Of a stretch of 64,000 nucleotides of DNA, positions 29,201 to 35,789 are shown in pieces (positions within the stretch are counted from its first letter, which is position 1; each line of letters begins with the position of its first letter). The position numbers and the translations under genes were made by a program. Origin of the DNA: Herbidospora yilanensis (lineage in GTDB: Bacteria; Actinomycetota; Actinomycetes; Streptosporangiales; Streptosporangiaceae); the NCBI RefSeq assembly GCF_001570565.1, contig NZ_BBXE01000013.1, positions 264,984 to 328,983 on the forward strand, written 5' to 3'. The notes under the pieces are model-generated. The model was not told where the DNA came from. It searched no databases and saw only the letters and a list, made by a program, of their open reading frames with translations.

Positions 29201-30999
29201 TCCGACAGCGGCGCCGAGAGGGCCACGGTCGTGATCGCCTCGGCCTCCTCCGCGAGCGCGGAGACCGTGGCGTGGAAACCGGCGAACGCGTCGTCGCGTT
29301 GCAGGTCGGCGACCACCTGGGCGGCGGTCTCGGTCACCTGCCGCGCCACGGCCGAGGCGAGCGCGTCGAGGGCCGGGAGGTCGGCGTACCGGCGTTCGCG
29401 CAGTGTCACCAGGTGGCCCTGGGTCTGCCGCAGTTCGGCCAGCCGGGTGACGCCGGTCGAGCGGATCCCGGTGAAGCGGTCGCGGGCCTCGGCCACCGCC
29501 CGGGCGGCGTCCTCGGTCAGGCGCTGCACGTTCTCGAACTCGTCGAGCACCTGCTCCGCCGTCGCCCGCAGGGCCGCCAGCGGCTCGGCGAGGTCGTGTT
29601 CGCCGAGCCAGTGGTAGGCGTCGGAGATGCGGTCGCAGCCGGCGATCAGCGCCTCGAAGACGGCCTGCGCGGGCGCCATCTCGCCGACCATCCGGGCCAC
29701 CGACAGGCAGTCGGAGATGCCCCTGACCAGCTCCCCGTTGCCGATGCGCTCCAGCGGGCCGGTGCCGACCGGGGTGGCCGACTCGACCGCGAACGGGGTG
29801 TCCCACACCTGCATCGGGTGCACCCGCGACGGCTCGTCGGAGGTCCCCCGGAACACCACCAGCGTGCCGTCGTCGAACAACGAGTAGCCGTGACACGGCA
29901 GCGGGTTGGCGACCTCCTTGCGGATCACGTTGTACGGAAGCAGGAGGTATCGCCCCTCCTCCCGCGCGTGGAAGACGTAGAGCACGTCCTCCTCGCCCTG
30001 GATGGCCCGCTCGAACTCCAGCGCCGCCACGTCGGTCTCGAACGTCTTGGCCACGCCGGTCGTCAGGTAGTAGCCGCCGGGGAAGATGACCCCCTGGTCC
30101 TCGGGGAGCCGCCGGCAGGCCTGCCCGATCCCGTCGAGCCTGGTCACGCTCCTGGTACGGGTGTTGAAGACCAGGTAACGCCAGTCGGTCTCCTTGTAGG
30201 GCCGGATCTTGAGCAGGATCAGCGGCCCGACCCGCGCGTGGAACACGTCGGCGTCGGCGAGGCTCTGGAGCCGCTCGGTGACCGGTTCGGAGTAGACGCC
30301 CTCCCCCGACTCGGTGTTGTTCTCGACCTTGATGGTCAGGTCGCCGCCGACGGTCTCGACGAACAACTCGCCGCCGATGGAGATGTGCGGGTGCCGCCCG
30401 AGCACGTGGTCGTCGCGGGTGGTCTCGACCCACTCGAAGTCGTGGGAGGGCGGCAGGACGTGGTCGCGCTCGCCCCGCGAGTCGAGATAGGACAACGCGC
30501 CGTCGGCCGCCATCGTCCAGCGCAGCACCCGGACGTCCTGCGGCCCGGTCTGGAAGATCGCCAGGAGCTTGCCCTCGATCTTCCGCAGTTGCAGCAGCCG
30601 GGTGTCCTTGTAGTAGCGGTAGAGCTCGGCGAAGTCCTTCTCGAAGGCCGGGTCGCCGAGCACGCTCTCCGAGCCCGAGAAGGTGAAGGCGTCGCCGTCG
30701 CGGGAGAAGCGGTGGAAGGAGAAGACGTCGGAGACGCTGGTCCGCGGGCGCAGGCCGATGAACACGTTGTAGCCGAAGATCATGGTGTCGCCGGCGGAGA
30801 CCACGTCCCGGGGCACGCAGTTGTTCTCGGTGCGGATGCGCTCGGTTCCCACCAGCCGCATCTCCGAGCCGCCGAACACCGCGAGGCGCCGGGTGTTGAG
30901 CTCCCCGGCCCGGCCGGCCAGTTCCTTGGCCTGCTCGGCCAGCCGGGCGCGGAGGATCTCGTAGGTGCCGGCGTCGAGCCCGGTCATCCCCAGGGTCAC
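26278..30999 (-). CDS. Very large (about 1573 aa) uncharacterised protein with a single C-terminal AAA+ ATPase module
   Basis: Walker A is LLLISPPGYGKTTL and Walker B is VLLYLDDIQH. The N-terminal ~420 aa look beta-rich and the central ~600 aa are helical and Ala/Glu/Arg-rich. The GTG start overlaps the flotillin stop (GTGA at 30996-30999). Confidence 0.8.
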   Translation of the reverse strand: MTLGMTGLDAGTYEILRARLAEQAKELAGRAGELNTRRLAVFGGSEMRLVGTERIRTENNCVPRDVVSAGDTMIFGYNVFIGLRPRTSVSDVFSFHRFSRDGDAFTFSGSESVLGDPAFEKDFAELYRYYKDTRLLQLRKIEGKLLAIFQTGPQDVRVLRWTMAADGALSYLDSRGERDHVLPPSHDFEWVETTRDDHVLGRHPHISIGGELFVETVGGDLTIKVENNTESGEGVYSEPVTERLQSLADADVFHARVGPLILLKIRPYKETDWRYLVFNTRTRSVTRLDGIGQACRRLPEDQGVIFPGGYYLTTGVAKTFETDVAALEFERAIQGEEDVLYVFHAREEGRYLLLPYNVIRKEVANPLPCHGYSLFDDGTLVVFRGTSDEPSRVHPMQVWDTPFAVESATPVGTGPLERIGNGELVRGISDCLSVARMVGEMAPAQAVFEALIAGCDRISDAYHWLGEHDLAEPLAALRATAEQVLDEFENVQRLTEDAARAVAEARDRFTGIRSTGVTRLAELRQTQGHLVTLRERRYADLPALDALASAVARQVTETAAQVVADLQRDDAFAGFHATVSALAEEAEAITTVALSAPLSERLAAQSDGLEALIEVVGTLEVEATARTVILEKVGAVLAEINRVRATLDARRRELLDAEGRAEFAAEFGLLGQAVTAGLTGADTPEKCDERLGRLLLQIEGLESRFGEFDDFLAQLERKREEVYEAFSARKQTLLDDRARRADRLAESADRILGTVRRRSATLASLDEVNAYFAADPMVAKLRAVAADLRELGDPVRADELDGRVRAARQEAGRALKDRTDLFDGDTVKLGRHRFAVNTQPLDLTLVPHEGSLSFAVTGTDYRAPVTGFDDTRHFWDQLLVSETTEVYRAEYLAASLFPVEGDPAEAVRRAAESRYDEGYERGVHDHDTVRILDVVTRLHASAGLLRHLPSARATAQFFWAHGNPSATWEIRAQSLTRARELFGGGTEALNTLAEELASAIEAHGCLDGPASLAADYLIEELASPPAGFVTSTAARSFLDAFREALGPERFAAFTAELSTLDLPARIQLARAWLAAFGKGEVSPEVVSLLLCDLPRYESAATLDGVVEGLLGAHPRIRGRSMEIRLDEFLARTRIFRAERVPAYRDYQRRRAELVAAEKKRLRLDEYRPKVMDSFVRNALIDQVYLPLIGDNLAKQLDHGMGLLLLISPPGYGKTTLMEYVASRLGLVFVKVNGPALGHEVTSVDPADAPDATSRSEVEKISFALEMGSNVLLYLDDIQHTSPELLQKFISLCDAQRRMEGVWNGTARTYDLRGKRFAVCMAGNPYTESGQVFRVPDMLANRADVWNLGEVLSGKDDLFALSYIENALTANSVLAPVSDHGEVEKLVRLARGEGSADQLSHPYSTVELDQILSVLRKMLRLQEVVLANNRAYIASAAQSDASRTEPPFLLQGSYRNMNKLAQRVVPVLTDAELEGVIDDHYLGEAQTLTSGAEANLLKLAELRGVLTDEQKVRWEEVKAAYRRAKAMGGDDDDPTTRTVSAITHLADRLSGAITSLNDGRRGGEPIEERYSVPE

Positions 31000-33005
31000 T
31001 TCTCGACCGGGGTGATCGCCGGGCCGCCGCCGTTCTTCATGAGGGTGGCGAGGAACGCCGACACGGTCATGTCACGGACGGCGCCCGAGTCGACCCCGGA
31101 CACGATCTTGGCGAGGTCGGCGCTGAGACTGGCGTCGCCGTTCAGGTAGGGGTCGGCGAGGGTGCGGGCCACCTCGGAGTTGTCGACGAAGCCGTCGATG
31201 CTCTTGCCCATGGTCACCGCGCCGACGAGCTTGTCGAAGAAGACGCTGTCGCCGCCGACGATGTCGATGTTGGCCTTCGACAGACCGGCCGACAGGACCT
31301 CGGCCTGCGCCTCGGCGACCCTGCGGTGCACCTCGACCCCGGCCAGGCGGATCTCCTTCTCGGCCTCCAGCCGCAGGCGGTACTCCTCGTGGACGCGGCT
31401 CGCGTCGGACATCGCGGCCAGCGCGGCGGCCTTCTCGGTGAGACCCTCGGCCTCGGCCTTCAGCTTCTCGCCGACCATCATCGCGGCGGCCACGGCCTTG
31501 GCCTGCTCGCCGTCGGCCTCGGCCTTCAGCCGCTCGCGGGTGCCCTCGGCCGACGCCATGGCCTTCTCGCGTTCGACGATCGCCTCGGCCTTGCCGACCT
31601 TCTCGATCGCGGCGGCCGTGCGCTCCTTGACCTGCACCTCGGCCAGGCCCGTCGCGGCGGCCTCGGCCTGCACGCCCTCGGCGAGGCGGATCTTGGCGCG
31701 GGCGTCGAGCTCGGCGGCCTGCTGGCGCGACTCGGCCAGCACCAGCGCCTCACGCGCCCTGAACTTCGACGCGGCCTCGGCGGCCTCGGCGGCCTTGATG
31801 TCCTTGACCAGGTTCTCCTGCGCCTCGGCCTCGGCGGCGATGATGACCGACTGGCGGGTGCGCTCGGCCTCCTCGACGACGCGCAGGCGCTTGATCTGCT
31901 CCTCCTGCTCGGCCACCGTCTTCTCGACCGCGATGCGCTCGCGCATGACCTCGGCGATCGAGCGCTTCTCGACCTCCAGTTCCTTCTCCTTGGCGATGCG
32001 CGACAACTCGGTCTCCCGCTCCCGGGCGATGACCTCCAGCAGGCGGTCCTTCTCGATGCGCTCGCTCTCGATGGCGATCACGCGCTCGCGGTTCTTCTCG
32101 GCGACGGCGACCTCGCGGGCCTTGTTCTCGCTCTGGACGCCGATCTGCTCGTCGGTCTTGATCGCGGCGGCCTGGGCCTTGAGGCGCTCCTCGGCGCGGA
32201 CCCGGGAGATCTCCGCCTCCTCGCGGGCCCGCATGGTCTCGACCTCGCGCTTCTGCTTGATCTCGGCGTCGGCCTGGCGGCGCTCCAGTTCGAGGATGGC
32301 CTCCCGGGCGTCGACGTTCTGCCGGGTGATCTCCTTCTCCTCGTTGCGCTGGAACTCGTTGGTCCGCACGTGCTCGATCGCGGTCAGCTCGGTGATCTTC
32401 CGGATGCCCTGGGCGTCGAGGATGTTGGCCGGGTCGAGCTTGGACAGCGGCGTCTGCTCCAGGTAGTCGATGGCCGCGTCCTCCAGCGAGTAGCCGTTGA
32501 GGTCGGTGCCGATGACGCGGATGATCTGGTCGCGGAACTCGTCGCGCTGGGTGTAGAGGTCGACGAAGTCGAGTTGCTTGCCGACGGTCTTGAGCGCCTC
32601 GGAGAACTTGGCGTTGAACAGGGCCTGGAGGGTCGACTCGTCGCTGGCCCGGGCGGTGCCGATGGCCTGGGCGACCTTCACGACGTCCTCGGCGGTCTTG
32701 TTCACCCGCACGAAGAAGGTGATCTTGATGTCGGCGCGGATGTTGTCACGGCAGATCAGGCCCTCGTGGCCGGACCGCTCGATCTCGATGGTCTTCACCG
32801 AGATGTCCATGAACTCGGCCTTGTGCAGCACCGGTAAGACCACGGCGCCGGTGAAGGTGACGTCGACCCGGCGCACCTTCGACACGATCAGGGCCTTGCC
32901 CTGCTCGACCTTGCGGAACAACCGGCTGACCACGATCACCAGTGCGATGACGACGATCAGGACGACCGCGATGAGTATGCCGGCTCCCGCCGAGATGACG
33001 TCCAT
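30996..33005 (-). CDS. Flotillin (SPFH/band-7 family, YqiK-like)
   Basis: An N-terminal TM segment is followed by the SPFH domain (KALIVSKVRRVDVTF...ITFFVRV) and a long Glu/Ala/Arg coiled coil. Confidence 0.9.
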   Translation of the reverse strand: MDVISAGAGILIAVVLIVVIALVIVVSRLFRKVEQGKALIVSKVRRVDVTFTGAVVLPVLHKAEFMDISVKTIEIERSGHEGLICRDNIRADIKITFFVRVNKTAEDVVKVAQAIGTARASDESTLQALFNAKFSEALKTVGKQLDFVDLYTQRDEFRDQIIRVIGTDLNGYSLEDAAIDYLEQTPLSKLDPANILDAQGIRKITELTAIEHVRTNEFQRNEEKEITRQNVDAREAILELERRQADAEIKQKREVETMRAREEAEISRVRAEERLKAQAAAIKTDEQIGVQSENKAREVAVAEKNRERVIAIESERIEKDRLLEVIARERETELSRIAKEKELEVEKRSIAEVMRERIAVEKTVAEQEEQIKRLRVVEEAERTRQSVIIAAEAEAQENLVKDIKAAEAAEAASKFRAREALVLAESRQQAAELDARAKIRLAEGVQAEAAATGLAEVQVKERTAAAIEKVGKAEAIVEREKAMASAEGTRERLKAEADGEQAKAVAAAMMVGEKLKAEAEGLTEKAAALAAMSDASRVHEEYRLRLEAEKEIRLAGVEVHRRVAEAQAEVLSAGLSKANIDIVGGDSVFFDKLVGAVTMGKSIDGFVDNSEVARTLADPYLNGDASLSADLAKIVSGVDSGAVRDMTVSAFLATLMKNGGGPAITPVEK

Positions 33006-33007
33006 GA

Positions 33008-33517
33008 CTACAGGCCCCCTTCGTAAGGCATGACCCAGAAGAACTCGCCTTCCGCGTCATATTGGAAGATCAGCGCGGCCCCGCCCGCGCGGAAGACGTC
33101 GACGCCGGTCTGGCGCACCTGGATGACCGAGGTCGAGCCGTCGACGGCGCGGATCTCGGCCTGACCGAAGTCGGTGGAGACCGACTGGGTTCTGATGACG
33201 CAGATCTGCCCGACGAAGTCGTGCCGTGAGGGCACCTTCTCGGGCGCGGGCGTGAGGCGGCGTACCAGGAACGCGGCCCCGAGGCCCAGGACGAGCGCGG
33301 CGGCCAGGACCACCCAGCCGAGCGCCGGAAACAGCACGGATCCGGCCAGCGCGGCGAACCACCCCGTGGCCACGAACCCGGAGACCTCGGCCGCGGGCAG
33401 ACCGTCGAGGTCGACCACGCCGAAGGCCACGAGCAGCCAGAACCCGATGACGACGATCAGCGCGAAGCTGAACAGGACAGCCGGGAAGCCTAATGCGGCG
33501 TCCACGAAATCGCGCAA
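33008..33517 (-). CDS. NfeD/YqiJ-like membrane protein with a C-terminal OB-fold
   Basis: Three or four TM segments are followed by FVGQICVIRTQSVSTDFGQAEIRAVDGSTSVIQVR. The stop lies 2 nt before the flotillin ATG. Confidence 0.65.
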   Translation of the reverse strand: MRDFVDAALGFPAVLFSFALIVVIGFWLLVAFGVVDLDGLPAAEVSGFVATGWFAALAGSVLFPALGWVVLAAALVLGLGAAFLVRRLTPAPEKVPSRHDFVGQICVIRTQSVSTDFGQAEIRAVDGSTSVIQVRQTGVDVFRAGGAALIFQYDAEGEFFWVMPYEGGL

Positions 33518-33601
33518 CTTCTATCCCCTTTACGGCATTTGCGCCGTCCCCTCTTGCAAACGTGGAATCTATCAGCGCGGTTCCGCAGGGAATAGGGTTA
33601 T

Positions 33602-34216
33602 TTATGCCGTACGCCCCCGCCGCGCGACGGCCCAAACCCCCAGCGCCGCCAGCGCGGCGATCTCCGTGAACACCAGCCCGCGCTCGACCGCCCCGAGCCC
33701 GACCGGCATGGCCCGCCACCAGGGGATCCCGTCGCGGGCGGCGGTGTAGCCGACCAGCACGATCCCGGCGATCCACCCGACGGCCCCGAACCCGAGCGCC
33801 GCCGCCACCTTCGCCATCGTGTCGCGCCACGGCCGGGCCAGCAGCAGCACGGCGACCGGCAGGCAGACGAAGGCCACCACGCTGCCGACGCGGTGCACCG
33901 AGCCGGAGAACGACGGCCCGACGGACCAGTCGTGCTTGGGGAAGGTCGCCACGACCAGCAGCCCGAGGCTCCACCCGGCCAGGGCGACCAGGCCCAGCGG
34001 CCGGGCCCGGCGCTGCGCGGCGAGGGTCGCCCCGATGCCGAGCGACCCCAGCGCGATCAGCGCCACCGAGACGCCGAACAACCAGGCGTGCTCGCCCAGT
34101 TGGTGTTCGCTGATCGTCCGGCGGGCCAGGTCGATGCCCGAGGAGAACTCCAGGGTCAGGATGGCGGCCGCGGCCACGGTGATGGCACCGAGACCGGCCT
34201 GGGCGGGAACGCGCAT
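33602..34216 (-). CDS. DUF998-like polytopic membrane protein
   Basis: Starts at MRVPAQAGLGAITVAAAAIL (ATG 34216) inside track ORF 33602..34363. It has 5-6 hydrophobic segments. Confidence 0.55.
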   Translation of the reverse strand: MRVPAQAGLGAITVAAAAILTLEFSSGIDLARRTISEHQLGEHAWLFGVSVALIALGSLGIGATLAAQRRARPLGLVALAGWSLGLLVVATFPKHDWSVGPSFSGSVHRVGSVVAFVCLPVAVLLLARPWRDTMAKVAAALGFGAVGWIAGIVLVGYTAARDGIPWWRAMPVGLGAVERGLVFTEIAALAALGVWAVARRGRTA

Positions 34217-34234
34217 GCTCTCTAAAATGCCACC

Positions 34235-34678
34235 ATGCTCGTGGTGCAGCGGGTGCTGACTCGCTGGTCCAAGGCCGGTCGCGGTGCGGCCGCGGCCACG
34301 CTGCGGGGGTCGCTGCCGGATCGGGTGCCGCTGCCGGCCTGCACGGGAGACGCCGTCTTCCACGACGTGGTGCTCTCACCGCGCGCCGAGACGCTCCGGG
34401 AGCTGACCCTGCCCGCGACGGTGGCCGGCCTGCGCATCCGGCCCGGCGGCCGGGTGTCCCGGGCCCCCGTGCTCGCCTCCCATCCACGCGACCGGCGTCC
34501 GGTCGACCTGTTCACCCTGGCCCCCGGCCAGCGGGCGCGTTACCGGGCCAACTTCCGCTTCAGCGGATACGGCCTGGAGTGGCACTACGAACAGTGGACG
34601 GTCACACTGGCCCACGACGTCGGCCTGGAAGGCGCGTTCGACCACGAGGTCGACGACCGGGTCAGGCTCTATCCCTGA
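34235..34678 (+). CDS. Hypothetical protein
   Basis: Track ORF with acceptable codon bias and no recognised family. Its 3' end overlaps bcp by 17 nt. Confidence 0.4.
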   Translation: MLVVQRVLTRWSKAGRGAAAATLRGSLPDRVPLPACTGDAVFHDVVLSPRAETLRELTLPATVAGLRIRPGGRVSRAPVLASHPRDRRPVDLFTLAPGQRARYRANFRFSGYGLEWHYEQWTVTLAHDVGLEGAFDHEVDDRVRLYP

Positions 34679-35120
34679 GGGTCTTCAGGGCGCGGTCGGC
34701 GTGGTCGGTCATCATGACCTCGTTGTGGATGACGTCGAGGACGCGGAAGTCGGTGCCGATGACGAAGGTGATCCGCCGGGTGACGAACGGCCCCACGGCG
34801 ACCGAACGGCGCACCCCCATCTGCTTGGCCACCAGACCGTCCTCGTCGGACAGCAGCGGGTAGTCGAGCCGGTTGGCCTCGGCGAACATCTTCTGCCGTT
34901 TCACCTTGTCCTTGCTGATCCCGACGCGGACCGCTCCAGCGGATTTGAATTCGGCGGCCAGGTCACGGAAGTGACAGGTCTCGGCGGTGCACCCGGAGGT
35001 CATCGCCGCCGGATAGAAGAAGAGCACCACGGGCCCTTCCTTGAGGAACTCGCTCAGGCGACGGGTCTCCCCGTTCTCGTCCGGAAGCGCGAAGTCCGCG
35101 ACGAGTTCACCGATATTCAT
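34662..35120 (-). CDS. bcp: Thiol peroxidase (peroxiredoxin, Bcp type)
   Basis: VVLFFYPAAMTSGCTAETCHFRD is the peroxiredoxin active site. Confidence 0.9.
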   Translation of the reverse strand: MNIGELVADFALPDENGETRRLSEFLKEGPVVLFFYPAAMTSGCTAETCHFRDLAAEFKSAGAVRVGISKDKVKRQKMFAEANRLDYPLLSDEDGLVAKQMGVRRSVAVGPFVTRRITFVIGTDFRVLDVIHNEVMMTDHADRALKTLRDRA

Positions 35121-35734
35121 GCCTCACTTTCTACCAGTGCGGGGTGTCGGGAATCATCCGCCCGAACCACCACATCCGCCCAATCCTGCGGCCGGACCTC
35201 CTCGGCGTACCGCTCGAAGGCGGGCAGGGTCCATTTCTCCTCGGTACGCCGCTCCAACGCCTTCTTCGACAGGCTCAGGTGGACGGAGAAGTCGATCGGC
35301 AACCCCTGCCCGAGGAGCAGCGGCCCGTCGAGGACGACGACGGCGTTCTCCGGGAGGACCTGGTAGGGCGCGCGGGTGGCCCGGTCTCTGACCGGGTCCC
35401 ACAACGAGGGGACGACCCGGCCGGTGCCGCCCGGTTCGAGCGGCTGGAGGACCTCCCGCGTCAGGCCCTTCACGTCGAGCCAGCCGTCGTAGTAGGAGTC
35501 GGGGTCCTGCCTGCCGAACTCGTAGCGGAGCGACGCGGCTCTGAGGAAGTCGCGGGCCGACACCCTGAGGACGTGCCGGTGGACCCTCAGCCGCGCCGCG
35601 ATCCGGTCGGCCAGCTCCCCCGGCCGGGCCGCGTCGGCACCGTCGACGGCCACTCGCACCCACCCGGGCCGTTCGGAGATCGTCTCGGCCAGTTCCGTGA
35701 CGAGCCCCTCGACGGAGACCGGTCGTACACCCAT
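35117..35734 (-). CDS. Uridine-kinase-like nucleoside/nucleotide kinase family protein
   Basis: Starts at MGVRPVSVEGLV (ATG 35734). It reads VRVAVDGADAARPGELADRI...VVVLDGPLLL. There is no canonical GxxGxGKS P-loop. An ATGA overlap links it to bcp. Confidence 0.55.
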   Translation of the reverse strand: MGVRPVSVEGLVTELAETISERPGWVRVAVDGADAARPGELADRIAARLRVHRHVLRVSARDFLRAASLRYEFGRQDPDSYYDGWLDVKGLTREVLQPLEPGGTGRVVPSLWDPVRDRATRAPYQVLPENAVVVLDGPLLLGQGLPIDFSVHLSLSKKALERRTEEKWTLPAFERYAEEVRPQDWADVVVRADDSRHPALVESEA

Positions 35735-35789
35735 CAGGCCATCATGCCCCGGTGGGGAAGTCTGCTGACAATATGGGGGCAGTACCCCC

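Noticed and set aside
27761-32837. ORFs 27761..30433 -, 28369..31149 +, 31162..32466 + and 31326..32837 +, overlapping the AAA+ and flotillin genes
   Set aside because: They have low-complexity Arg/Gly/Asp/Leu or Ser/Ala composition. The alternative frames carry clear Walker motifs and an SPFH domain.
26278-33517. Calling the flotillin/NfeD/AAA+ operon an anti-phage defence system
   Set aside because: I saw no nuclease, protease, TIR, Sir2 or other effector-type motifs, no neighbouring defence or mobile genes, and housekeeping-type flanks. Nothing in the sequence supports a defence role, so it is reported only as an uncharacterised conserved module.
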